A stretch of 64,000 bases of DNA. Origin: Elsinoe ampelina. Its lineage: Eukaryota. Of the stretch, positions 21,109 to 36,700 are shown piece by piece; within the stretch, counting starts at the first letter, position 1; the number at the start of each line of letters is the position of its first letter. The stretch lies in assembly GCA_010093995.1 (NCBI GenBank), contig ML992503.1, forward strand, positions 471,662 to 535,661. Direction: 5' to 3'. Position numbers and translations under genes: made by a program. Below the pieces are notes generated by a model. The model did no database searches. It was not told the DNA's origin and saw only the letters and a list, made by a program, of their open reading frames with translations.

Positions 21109-23478
21109 ATGGTCAAATCGGTTTACACACTTGAACGACAGAACAGTACCGCCGCACGCAGCGTGCAATCGAATGCGTTCAGCGATCGCTTCGAGATCGA
21201 AGATTACTCTCCGGTAGACGGCATGGAGGGACGACAGGAAAGGGATGGCTCGCGACGGCCGAGCAGGACGTCAGACGACGAGGATGAGGTTGTGACTTCG
21301 GTCGCCGCACATTACGCAGATGATCACTTTCAGCCTTCACAACCATTGCGAGAGGCACGGAACAGCATAAGGAAAAGTAGAGGATTCACGGCCAATCCAT
21401 TTCAAGGTGAAGACGAAGATGGTGGACGGGGGCCGAGTCAATCTACACAGTCGACGACGCTTTCCCTGCAGATGACGGGGGACACATATCGCACCGACAC
21501 CAATTCGTTATCGGGTAACACTGTGGTATCCAGCACACACGGAAACGGACCAAGTCACCCTTATGACCAGTATATCCAACATACCTCGCTGACACGATCC
21601 CCTACCGCACCTTCAACGATCACCGCACAGACCACCGGACGTCAGTCTCTTCATGGCCCTTCACATCAGTACAACATGTACCCCCAGAACGTCGAGGAGG
21701 ATATCGACGACGTCCAGAGCCAGGCTGGGACTAATCACAATATTCCAATGGGCTTCCCGCCGACGCTCTTGAACGTGTCGACATTCCGTCATGACGCAGA
21801 CAATCTGTCGGAACAACTACCGCCTTACTCGGAGTATCCTGAAGATGGCGCACCAAAGCAGGTGTCTGTACCGCCTCGCATCGACGAAGTGTCGCCGACG
21901 TCAGACTCGTCGCCGACGTTACGGATCCCGCAATCCATGTCGGACGCCAACAGAACACCAGATGTGTCGTCATCGGACGACGAAGCTGGTCCCACAAATG
22001 AGAAGAAGTGGAAGGACAAGACGTGGAAGGAGAAGCGGAAGACGAGGGTGTGTTGTGGGATCAAGTTTGGCTGGATTGCGCTCGTCGTCGGCGTGTTTCT
22101 CTTCATTGTTATCGTGCTGGCCGCTACTATTGGAGGATTCTTTGGTGCACAGGCGAGGGAGAATGCGAAGAAGGCAAAGTAAGTGATAATCGATGATAAG
22201 CGTGTTGTTGTTTCCGTGCTAACGATCTGTAGTGAAAACACTCTCATCGACGCATCACCTATCCGGAGCAGCATGATGCCACTCCCCACCGGGTCGTTCC
22301 AATTGCAATTGGGGGCACCACAAGAGGTCCAGGCAGAGTGCTTGACAGACCAGTCACAAATCGCGAGCTGGGACTGCGGTATCTCGTCGCCAGGTTCTCT
22401 GGCCATCAGCATTGGCCCTGGCCCCAACGGAAATGGGCAAGGTGCCTACATTTACCAAGCTACTAATGACTTCAAAATCGGCTACGGTACAGAGATTCCA
22501 CACACTGTTTGGAGTCCGCTGCGACCCGTCAAGGACATGGATGCTCCTAATAGAGGTCCTGCTTACCAGTTCCAAGCAGTCTACACCAAGATTGTCATTG
22601 CAAAGCCGGATGCATTCCAGCCTGCCAAAGTGGACCAACCGGGCAGCAGTACTCCTTCTCAAAGCTCCACCAACTCAAAGCGCGAGTCTCAATTCGATAA
22701 GCGATATTGGGCGCCGCTTGCCAACGCTGGTGACCAGCCATGGTTCTGCTACTGGAACAACACTTTGATTGAAGGCTTCATCTACGTCCAGGAGAACAGT
22801 ACATCTTGGTACGGAGACAAATCCCGCCGCTACATGGAGAAGCGAGACGACAAATGGTCTACCCCGTCATCCACCACGACATCAGGCCAGGCCTTCCCAA
22901 CCAGCTTCCTTCAAGACTGGCAAATGTCTCAACTGTCCTCCCTCAACTCCCTGAGCACCACCTCGGCCAACCTTGCCGCCGCCACATCCGTCTCCACTCC
23001 AACCACGACCGGCACCTACCCTGCCTCAGCTTGCACCTACTCCTCCGGAACAGCCTACCCCGCCAACCCCTCCTCAACACCAGAGACCTGCCCTCCTGCA
23101 CTAGGCGATGACCCCTGGTCCAAACTCGACTTCTACCCCTTCGTCGTCAAGATCGAAGAACGCCGCATCCCCGGCGACACCATGCGCCCCTACTGCCAGA
23201 AGATGCAAGTCCTCGACAACGGCGGCCTCGGCTACCTCCAAGACGCGACGGGCAACCCATACATTGTGCAACTTTCCGAATCGTCCCCTGACATCAACGC
23301 TTACACCAACGTCTACGGCGCGGGAAGCAGGAAGATGCGTCGCGGGGAACGAGCCGTCTTCGCCCCTAGTCCACTGGAAGAAGAGGAAGATGCTCAGCTT
23401 GAGAAGCGCGACGACACTGTCAAACGGGCTGTCGTGGATGGCGCGTGTCATTGTCAGTGGGTGAGCGGTGAGAATTGA
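21109..23478 (+). CDS. Fungal single-pass membrane protein with a Cys-containing C-terminal ectodomain; exons 21109-22178, 22233-23478
   Basis: Disordered N-terminus with GPSHPY and LPPY motifs, one TM helix after KTRVCCG, then PWFCYWNNTLIEGFIY, YPFVVKIEERR, PYCQKMQVL and CHCQW. Canonical GTAAGT...CTAAC...TAG intron. Confidence 0.8.
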
Positions 23479-24684
23479 ATCCGTACGGAAAACGGGACGT
23501 GGGTCAATGTGAGCGATAGGCGGTATGGGGACCACAGGGGTTATAGGGCGGAGGGGTATCATTTGAGTGGTGGTAGTGGAGGGGAAGGGGAAGAGGGGGA
23601 TGGGGATGGGTATAGGGGTTACAGATCAGGGAAGGGCTCGTGGGAGCATGATGGCCAGAGAGGGCCGCCTCCTAGGGGTCCGCCGCCTGGGTGGACGGGG
23701 AGTGGGAATGGGACGAGGACCGGGGAGGGGGAGGCAGGGAAGAGGTTTTGGCAGCATTGGAGGAGGCATGTTAGGGGGTTGTTATGATATGGGTATTGGG
23801 ATTGGCGTTTTTTTTTCTCGTGGATTGGTTCGGGATGAGCGGGGCATGATGTTTGGCGTTGGGATTACTCTTCGTAGGTTCTAGGAAAGAGAACAAGGAT
23901 GTGAGGTGGATACGAGGTGGTTTGTAGGGTTGACAGCAGGGCTCGATGAGGAAGGGTCATGTGCTGAACAGTATACTGCGGGAAGAGGGGTGTGAGGAAT
24001 AGAGAGAAGGACAGTAGTTGTGATGGTTGAAGAGGTAGAGGGTGAAGATGGCGGGAAATGGGCTGGGAAAAGTATTATAGCCGGCATGGTGTGGCATGAT
24101 GTTACGTCTTGACAGAATTGAGATCTAGTTCTATGACATGTCTACTTCTCTTCTCATTGGTTTCATTGGCTCTGTAATGTGGATCTTGTTGTGTGCATAG
24201 ATTCCATCGCTGCCTGAGGTTTGAGATGAAGGGCAACGTATATAACTCCGCCACTCGGTATGGAACGCACTTTGCTTTGCGCGTTGAGATTATCTTTCCA
24301 TTTCTTTGTACGATATAATACGACATGATCCTGTGATATGTGAAACATGATTACAGAACTTCTATAGAATTGCACAAGTGAGTTCCTTGCATTCTCATTC
24401 ACAGTGTGTCTTTTCTGCGGACCGATATCAATTTCGTCGTTGGCCGGTTTCACGCAGAAAGATCCTTCTCAATTCGTGCGGGAGGCAATACCGCAGCACT
24501 TCCAACGTATATCCTTCGCCTGAAGCGATGTTGACATTATTCACCCATGATAACAGCCTGACCAATATCCAGCATTGTTCTTACAACCCTGCCAGACCTC
24601 AAGGTCGCGGCCGCGAAGTGAAGGTGCAGCGTCGTGCTTCACGGGCTCTTTCCTCCTTGGACTCGACCGCACCTTCTCTCTCCC

Positions 24685-26711
24685 ATGACTGCCTCACAAC
24701 CACCATGGCGCGGCCGCTCGCCGGCTTCGCCATCCCGCGATGCACCTTCCTCGCCCATATTGGCTCCTGCCGTGGAAGCAGGACAAGATGATACCCACAC
24801 TCCGACCTCTGATGCTCTCCCTTCCACCTCTTCATCTCATCCTGTGGTTACTTCCGAGTCTACTTCGTATCCCTCAGGGACATCTCAGGCTTCATCTACG
24901 TCTGTACGAGTTGTGCAGCAGCCAGCATCGGAGGATTCAGGCAAGGCATCTCTTCTGGACTCGGTGGATTTGGGAGAGGTTGATCCGGCACAGGCAGAGG
25001 ACGATCCAGTACCGGCGGCAGGAACAGAACACCCAACAAAGCCAGTAGACACGACAGATCAGCACGAACAATCGGCATCCCCAGAGCAAGACGAACTCTC
25101 GTGGCCAGAAGACCTCGCAGACCAACCACCTCCCGCCGCCGCTCCACAGGCAGCACCACCGTCCCAGAGCAAGAACGCCCTCAAGAAAATAGCCAAGCGG
25201 ACAGCCACTCGCGCTGCAACCAAGAACATCAAATCGAAGAAAGCACAACGGAAGGCCTTCCTCCGTCAGCTTCTGCTGGACGAGGCACCATTTGGGTTCG
25301 ACGAAGGCATCGACTACGGGGCTTTGACCGAGGAGGATCTGAGAGGTATGGATGGCGCCATGGCGAGCAAGGTGAGGGATAAGATGGATGTGATGCAGAG
25401 GGTTATTGAGAATAGAGACGAGAAGGAGGGGTGGATGAGGGGGGCTATTGAGATGGTGAGTTTAGTCTGCTTTCTCGTGCTTGCTCCAGGGAGTTGCAGG
25501 GTCACGAGAGGCGAATGGGTTGTCGGACCTGGGCGAAGCACTTGCTGCTTACAACAAAGGAGCTACCAAGCTGACCACTGACAGGCTGAACTGGCTTTGA
25601 GGTCGGATGAGACACCTGTTGGATGTGTGTTTGTTCATGGCGGGAAGATCATTGCGAGGGGTATGAATGGGACGAACGCTACGCTGAATGTGAGTCAACC
25701 TTCTATGACAGCCGTGCGGACTTTTGGTCCGATCTGCAATCAATCAGTGGCCAATATACTGATGTTGACAGGGCACTCGTCACGCTGAATTTGTCGCACT
25801 CTCACAGATCATCGCGCAGTATCCTCTCAGCATCCTCCAGGAGACCGACCTCTACGTCACCGTTGAGCCCTGCATCATGTGTGCGTCGGCCCTCCGCCAG
25901 TTCAGGATCAGAGCTGTCTACTTCGGGTGCTTGAACGAGCGATTTGGAGGCTGTGGTGGTGTCATGAGATTGAACTCGGAGTAAGTACATCTGGTCAATA
26001 TATGTGGTCTTTCAGAAAGCTGACCATGTACCCAGTCCAAGCATCGATCCTCCTTATCAGGTCTATGGAGGTATCTTCCGCGAAGAAGCCATCATGTTGC
26101 TCAGGCGCTTCTATGTCCAGGAGAATGAGAAAGGTATCGCATCGGGTAATGTTTGGTGACAGGTCATGCTAATGCTCATCGTAGCCCCTGAGCCCAAGCC
26201 AAAGAAGAATCGCGAGCTCAAGACCGAGATCTTGCCAGTCGAAATAGCTCATTCTGGCAATCCTCCTCCTCTACCTGCTCCCTCGGCTACAAAGTCAACC
26301 GAGTCCCTTCCCACCGTCGGATCACAGGCTATTACCGTCGCTCCCGAGAGGCCTTCCATGCCCAATGGATCTGGATCGAGCAAGAATGGTTTAGCCCCAG
26401 CACATCTCGTCGCCATCCCGAGAGCACTTCAGGGTCCAGCCTCGAGTACCGGCGCGATATCAGGCACTGCCACTCCAGCATTACCAAGTGGTGTGACCAG
26501 CCCACCATCCGGCCTTCAGAGCACAATCTTGACTCCCCCACCCAACAGCCCTGAAGAAGGCATGTCGGGACAGCAAATCGTCAAAGAGAACAGCATCGAT
26601 ACCTTGGTCGAAAAGGTCCAAGCAATTGCTCTCGAGTCCAAGCATAATCAAGATCCTAACGATACCGCCACGCTGAAGAAGACAGAGAGGGAGAAGGCCA
26701 TGGCGGATTAG
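24685..26711 (+). CDS. TAD2: tRNA adenosine-34 deaminase catalytic subunit; exons 24685-25455, 25585-25689, 25772-25980, 26036-26133, 26185-26711
   Basis: Spliced core reads ETPVGCVFV..GMN..NGTRHAEF..LYVTVEPCIMCASAL..YFGCLNERFGG..LLRRFYVQENEKAPEPKPK. All four introns are GT-AG and preserve the frame. The start codon is less certain. Confidence 0.9.
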
Positions 26712-27180
26712 TGGCGCCTGGCACGACAGAACGAAGATCGTATTTCAGCGAGTATCGGACACGGCAACAACACTTATGACAAAGAACAGTATCACGGCAG
26801 TATCAGACACAAGAGGGGGAATAGTGGTGGGTCGAACAGAGGTGGGAGTGTAGGCCATACAAGAGGAGGAAGCATTTCTGGCAGAGGAGGCAGATTCCGA
26901 GGGGGAAGCATGCGGTCGTGAGTGTGCACGCGATATTCCTTGTCGACAGAGACGCATTTCTATGGTTGTATGGTCGGTTGTATGAGTATCATGTATGACT
27001 CGCCACGATGAAAGAGTGTTGGTATAGGTATAGAGTGTATACATAGACTATTCCTCGCTGAACATATCGAGGCTCGTCTGGTCCATGATCTAGAATTCTT
27101 CATTGGTCTCCGTGCTCGGCAATACCGTCTGTACGGATCACGATGACACTCGGTGATGGGGTTTCTCGTCGGTTGACAAG

Positions 27181-27279
27181 TCGATGGCGACTCGATGGCG
27201 ACTCGATGGCGACTCGATGGCGACTTGATAGTAACTCGATGGCCACTCGATGGCCACTCAGCAGCACCTCAATGGCACC
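27181..27279. repeat. 11-bp minisatellite (tcgatggcgac), 4 perfect and ~5 degenerate units
   Basis: Direct reading: tcgatggcgac x4, ttgatagtaac, tcgatggccac x2, tcagcagcacc, tcaatggcacc. Confidence 0.85.
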
Positions 27280-27473
27280 TGTTCAACAACCACAATGCAA
27301 GTCGACACCACCTCAACGTCTTCCATGGAGGAGCGATACTTGGGCAAGGACACACAAGGCAGATGACGCGAGGGGTACACGATCTCTTGAAGATGTGCGT
27401 GTCCAGTAGACAATCAAAGCGTGGAGGAAAGACATCTCGTCTCTGCTCTTCTGCATTGCAAAGGTAAGGGGGG

Positions 27474-27483
27474 NNNNNNNNNN
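27474..27483. other. Assembly gap (10 N)
   Basis: Run of n directly after a G run. Confidence 0.99.
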
Positions 27484-27967
27484 ATGGTATGGTACACTCT
27501 GCATCTCGCTTCTCGCTACTCCCCGCCGCTGCGGATGATACACAACACTTCCCCTCTCATCTCTTCGGTACTGTCTGCTCTCTTTCCCCCCTCGGCTCAA
27601 GCCCATCATCGCCCCCGCTTCACGTACACTCACCGCCCCGCCTGATCCGCGTCTGTGGCAGCAATGGTAATGATATCCCTCCCCCCCCCCCTCTCCCCGG
27701 CTTTCATCCTACACGGTGTTGGGTTCCGCGTGAGACTACTGATCGGCGCCGCGACGCCTCACCAACGACGACGAGGCGGCTCGTCTCGCGCGCGCTGACG
27801 GGCTATGGGTGACCTTGCCGGAGCAGGCGTCGCTTGCCCCCACGATCTCTCTTTGCTGTTTCTCGAGGCTGAGAGTTCGCCCGTCTGTACAATTTTCTCA
27901 TTCCGTGTTGAACTTGCTTGGGCGCATGGAGTCCCGCGTCCTACACATCGTTTCCCTCTCTTCAAGC

Positions 27968-30759
<2,792 letters not shown>

Positions 30760-31874
30760 CTTATTTGGCGTGTGGTGTCACGCGTCGAGGCTCAGAGAGC
30801 TCGAACTGGGTCGTTGCGAGAGGTTGTGGAGCTGTCAAGGCGAGGTTATCGCTCGTGCTCGTGCTCGTGCTCGTGCCAGTGGCAGCTGCGGGAGCCGAGG
30901 GCGGGATTGCAGAATGCGAAACAGGCAAGTTTGCGGCAGGCAGAGCAGCTCCTAGATGCGCGAGGCTGGACGAGAGAATGGAAACAGCTGCCGCTGTCGG
31001 GCAGAGGCGAAAGAGGTGGTCAGTCAGACGTCCATTATTTGGAGAAATTGACGTGGTTGTGCAGGATGGAGGTTGCAGCAGTGCCCTGAGCGTCTCAAGA
31101 TCAGGTTCGGGTTCAGGCTCAGGCTTCAGTTCACCACGTCGGGCTCCAGCTGTCAATTGCTTTGAGACATGTGACAGGGTTGCTACGTTTACGCATAAGC
31201 TCTACTTTTTATGCTGTAGCGGACGTATAGCAATACTCTATCCATACCTCCATATCGACTGCTCGTACTATATTTGCTTGTGCAGTCTGTTGTTCCCTCT
31301 GTCGCCAACCCGGACCACAGCTCTTGCGGGTTGACGTAGTCCTCCCCACCACTCGCCAATCACCTTGCCCCAAGACTCGACTTCACCTTTGATTTGCTCC
31401 CTGATCAGCAGCACAGCCAGGGACAACGAGAGGGGCATTCGTGTCGACGTCTTGTCATTCTCGTTTCTGGTGTCCCTCGTAGCCCTTGTGTCCACGGAAG
31501 ACATTAAGAGGTCGTTTATCGTCACACGCCGCTGCTCGAGGCCAACGTTATTCCCGTAGGACCCTTGGGAAATTACTGCCCTGAGCAGATCCTCACCTGC
31601 AAGCAGAATGACACAAGCTCGGGACGGCAGTGGGAACCCCATCCAGTCATCCCTACGTTAATTTGTCTATTCGGTATCAAGTCCTCACCTTCTCGTCCGC
31701 ACCTTCTCGCAGGACCCATAAACGCCGGCCATTCTCATGCTCCGATTCCGCTGCCGATCCCTCTATCAAGCTTCTGTTCAGCCTGAATAGCTCATACCCA
31801 TGTCGTTGTCCATCAAATCATCTATCATCCATGATCCATGATCCATGACCAATGCTCCATTCTCACCCGGCACA

Positions 31875-32723
31875 TCAAGTGAGCAAACCGCCAAGCATCA
31901 ACCCACCGAGCATACCGCCGGCCAACGGCAACCCCAAACTTCCACCATAGCCCGGCCGACCATAAGCATAATTTGGTCTGACGAACCTCGCATTGGGCGT
32001 ACTGTATGGGCCATGTGTGTAGGGGTTGTAGCCGTACTGCCTTGGCCCGTAAGCACCACCAGGGAACCCACCCATGCCCATTGTCATCTGCGGAGGCTCA
32101 ATGTAGACATCATGCCCGTCGCGGTCCCTCGCAAGGAATTGAGGTTGCCCGGTCATCTGCGCCTTGTGTAGAGCCGTTCTGAAGCGGGCGTGCATCTCGA
32201 GATACTGGCGCTCCTCTTCGGCGCGTTCAGCCCTCTGGCGATCGCGCTCCTCTTTGCTAATTCCTGTGACTTTGTCTGCGACCCTCTCGCCAAAGCTCTT
32301 CTTCTGCTTGGCATGAGACGGTTGGTCAGATCCGCTAGGTCGTGCCGGGAGGTCCGGGTAGTCCTGGTGGCTTGGACTTGGGGACCGCTGGGCTCTGTCA
32401 TCCTCTTCCTGCAGGCGCTCACGTTCTTCGGATGACAATGACTCTAGCGTCTCTGGATCATCTAATGGGTGGACCCAGATCGATCGTGGGGGATTGACCT
32501 TTGTGTCGACGAAGAACTGGTGCAGCTCTTTTGTATCCCATTGTCGGCTCCAACCCCTGGGCAACGGCCGGTGCTCATCCTCCATACTCTTCCGGGCAGC
32601 TCGTGTGGCTTCGGGGACCTGTAGGTGAGAAGCATGATTGTTGCTGTTGCGGTTGGATGAGCTCGAGGCAGTCGCCGCATCGTAAGATGGCGGCGCATCC
32701 TCTGGGAACGCGTGGGAGCTCAT
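31875..32723 (-). CDS. WW-domain protein with a Gly/Tyr-rich tail
   Basis: LPRGWSRQWD..QFFVDT..SIWVHP (WW), an N-terminal PPSY motif and a C-terminal GGMLGGLMLGGL. Confidence 0.85.
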   Translation of the reverse strand: MSSHAFPEDAPPSYDAATASSSSNRNSNNHASHLQVPEATRAARKSMEDEHRPLPRGWSRQWDTKELHQFFVDTKVNPPRSIWVHPLDDPETLESLSSEERERLQEEDDRAQRSPSPSHQDYPDLPARPSGSDQPSHAKQKKSFGERVADKVTGISKEERDRQRAERAEEERQYLEMHARFRTALHKAQMTGQPQFLARDRDGHDVYIEPPQMTMGMGGFPGGAYGPRQYGYNPYTHGPYSTPNARFVRPNYAYGRPGYGGSLGLPLAGGMLGGLMLGGLLT

Positions 32724-33797
32724 ATTGGCAAAGATGCTCTGAGAGATGACTAGCTGAACGCTGATTCGGAGACTACGACTTGCCCAAGTGAAGTGCTTTC
32801 GATGGGGTGGATGCTAAAACTCGAAGCCGTCACCTACCTGCTACCAACTTCGCGGTTGCTTGCGGCAGAGAACCCTTTGGACGATATGTGCATGACGCTG
32901 GAATGACAGCAGCTGCTCTAGCTAGCTTAGTCATCGCATCAATTCGTGACCTTTGATTCAGTATTCGTTGCACTTATACAGTGACACGGCTTGTCCATGG
33001 CCACCCTCCCCCGTCCAAGAAATGCAGTCGGCATCATGATCTATCCGAATCATCACGTAAATTGGTTTTTGTCCCGACTCAAGAGAATCAGAAGCCCTCA
33101 CACCGCTGATAAAAAACCGAAGCCAAGAGAGCAAAGACCGAGCATGGTCAATAATTCCTCCGAGGTTTATCCACGCGGTCAACGCCAAAGACTAAGCCAG
33201 TTCAGGTAATCTTCATCGCTAAGCTCTCGACTTCACCTCCGCCGCTGTGCTTGGGACATAGGGCTATTTCTTCAGTCCTGAAGGTGGATGAAGACTTATC
33301 CGGCCGGCACATGGCGGCATCACGCACAGCCGGAGGATCTTGGATCCAGCTCGGCGAAGCGAACGACTTGTCAGAGATGCCCTCTTTGCTTCTTGCTCGC
33401 CTCCTGTAAGCCGTAGTGTTGCCGAGCCTCGACTCCTTCGCCAGTAACTGGGAATGATTTCGGTTCAGCGTCAGTGTGTTGCAACGAAAACACCATGATG
33501 TTCGGCCTCTCGAGCAGCAGGTCGCATCAAGCCAAACACAATGTATCCCCCGGAATAGCAATCTGAAGTCGTAACCGGCACAATGGCTCATATTGGGGTA
33601 TATACTCCTCAAAATATACATTACACCTCCCTTGCCCCTTCTTTCTATCCAGGACGTCTATATCCCTCATCACCCCTTCTCCCTCTTTAATCTCGCCTGT
33701 GCTTATCCATTCCACTCTTCTCCCCTTCCCTCTCTGCCCCTTGCCCTTTCCCCATCTCATCCCACATGTCCCATGTCACATATCCAATCTCGCCAAA

Positions 33798-36700
33798 CTA
33801 AACACTCTTCCTAAACAACTCCACCCCCAAACTCGGCGTCTCCACCCCGGCATCCCCGGGCACCCCTTCCATCCTTCTCCTTTCGAAGAAAGCCTGACAC
33901 TCACCCACCACAATCGTCCACTCCGCCAGAGCCCTTCCCACATACACCGCCCGACCCGCCTGCGCCTCTGTCGGCTTGATCGGCACGCAGACAGGTATAC
34001 TCCCCATAGTTTCCTGCAAATACCGCATGGCTGCCATGGGCAGTCGGGGCGGGACAAGGCGCGGGATGATGTGCTGGTGTGGATTCGGGAGGGCGGGCTT
34101 GTTCACGAACTCGAGGGAAAATTTGAAGCTGTATCTGCTGTGATGGGGGCCGGGGGCGCGGGAGGGACTGCGGGAGGGGTTGCGGGGGGTGGCGGCGTTG
34201 GGGTCGTCTGTGGTGGTGGACTTGTTGTCGGACGGTAGAGTCTTGGGGCTGGCGTCGCGGCTGGGGGAGCGTTTGCGGTTGCCGCCCATGATGCCGCGGA
34301 TGAAGCCTCGGAGGCCAGTATCAATGGTGGGGGAGTCGGCGAAGTCGCTGTCTTCTGAGGCGACGCTGAGCGGACGCTCGACTGGGGCGTCAACAGAGAG
34401 GAGAGCGCGGCGGGCGACGACGCCGTTGGTGTTGGTGGTAATGGCGGTCGGGGGCATTGGTGGAATGATGCCGTTGAAGGCGAGGAAGGAGCCGCCAGGA
34501 GCGACTTGAGTATCGGTCCGGACAATGAGGAATCGTCGTCCCGGTGCTGGATTACATGGCATTAGACCAGCGGCAGGGAGAAATCCTTGGTCACGGTCAT
34601 AAAGGTGGTACGACCACATCTTCCGCAGTCGCAGGAAGAGCATCTGTAATATCTGTGTATCCAGTTCTGATGCATTTCCATCAAAGCGACCGACCCGCCA
34701 GCAGACCAGTCGCATAAAGTAAGCCCGTACCATCGGGCACCAGTGTGTGAATGTCCTCTCGAAAATCTCTTCATCAAGTAATAACTTGAGGCAAATGTCT
34801 TCTTTGCGTCCAGCAGAGCTGGTGAGGATACCCCAGACAGTGTACAAAAGAGCGTACAGCCGGATCTCCGTGACCGTGTTCTCTGATGTCAGCATCTTCT
34901 TGTACACATCCAGCCAAAAAGCAGTGTCCAAGATCGGTCCTGGACACGAATCAAGCTGCTCGTACCGAACAAAGATGTGCAGAGCCTCCTCGAGAAAGTC
35001 ACATAATGTATAGCATGCCGCGTGGTTGTAGATTGAAATGCCGCGGGCAGATGCGTGCAGCATGTCCATGAATGAAGTCGCGAACAGGTGGCGTGCTGTT
35101 GCACTCTCGGAAGGTCGATCTGATAATACGTCGCGAATAAGCATGATCAGTCTGTTCTCGTTCATGGCTCGGGTGACATTTGGCGGTAGCAGTGGGAGTG
35201 TCGAAACAACAGCATCTGGACCACCAAGAAAATCATCAAAGGTTGGGGATGCATGGCTCAAGCTCTCGCTCGAAGGCCCGGCATCTCGCTTGATCGTCGA
35301 GTCGAGATTAGCTAGCAGCTGTGCTTGAACAATGATCATTGCTGGTGCGGCGATAATCTCAGGCTTGGTTGCTTCGGCGGGTAGATAATCATTCGCCAGG
35401 ATGAAATAGTGCTTGACAAAGACGTAAAGCAGGTCACTCTCTCGGCCCAGCCATCTGTCCGACCAATATCCCCAGAATTGCATGCTCGAAGACATGGGAG
35501 GTAGTTCAGCCGGCTGACGCAGGCCTCGCAGTAGTTTTGATAGCGAGCTGAAAGCCAGAGTCTGAAGCGGAGGCGGAAATGAGGTAGCGATCGCTTCCCC
35601 CTTGTCTTTGATATTCTCAAACTTGCCGACCCCGTATTCGCTGAGAACACGCTTGAGAAAATCGGGTTCGGTATGCCACATCCGGACAAGGACGTCGGCG
35701 ATACCAGGGCAGAAGTAGAAAGCGTATGCAATTGCTTTGCCACAGAAAGTTATTAGACTGGCCGAGGCACTTCGTAAGGACATCTTCTCCACTGCAAAAA
35801 TCATTTGAGCATTTAGATTCTGCACAAAGAGATTTCGCACATTGTGCATGACCGACTCGGTCAAGAATTCGGATCCCATAGATGCCAATGAAGTAGACGA
35901 TTTGTTACGAAGCTTCATGACATCAGTCGATTGTCGTCGTGAAACGGGACAGAAGGCTGATGGAAACGGTCGCCATTCTGGTCGATCCATCAAACCCGAG
36001 AGACCGTCTAGTATAGCAGGCCTATCAGTGCCGGAGAGAGATTGGTTGTTCTTGCCGTTGAGTACTTCGAGCAGTCCGACCCACCACTTGTTGAGAATAG
36101 CAGTGCGACGATCGAGATCCTCAGCACGAAGACCTCGATTGGATGGGTGTTCCTGATAGGTCCGGAGGAAGGGGAGAAGCGATGCGCGTACTACATTGGC
36201 CTTGAACGACGTCGACTTTGAGGCGAATTTTGCATAGTCACCATCGAGTTGCCGGAAGACATTCCAAAGCTCGTCTCGTTTCCGTGGAAGAGCAAGTGAA
36301 CCTAAACTTGTATTGTGCTCCGGATTGAGAATTCGTGGTGATGGTAACGGAGCATTCTCTTCTTGCGTTGATTCTGTTACTGCATGTAGCCGATCTGTGG
36401 AGAACGACTTTGGCAGCAACGAAGGTGGTGGCGGAAGAGGTAGTGCGGCATTCAACTTTGTGTTACTGGTCTTTCTGCCAAGTATCGTGGTCCTCCGTTT
36501 GGTTCTCTTCTCCGCCGCTGGTTTCACGGGGGTCTCTTCGGCTTTGATGAATGCATCAGGTTGCCTCGAGTCTCGTTTCCTCAACACCCCACGAGCTTTC
36601 AAGCTTGCAAGACTGCCTGAAGATGCTAGTGTGCCGGCAGAGTCTGACCTTCCTGTAGTAGGTCGTGACTCAGTCTTTGAGGGAGAGGGCGACCGCGAGC

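Noticed and set aside
27181..27279. Possible CRISPR-like array
   Set aside because: Units are directly tandem with no spacers, and the context is eukaryotic.
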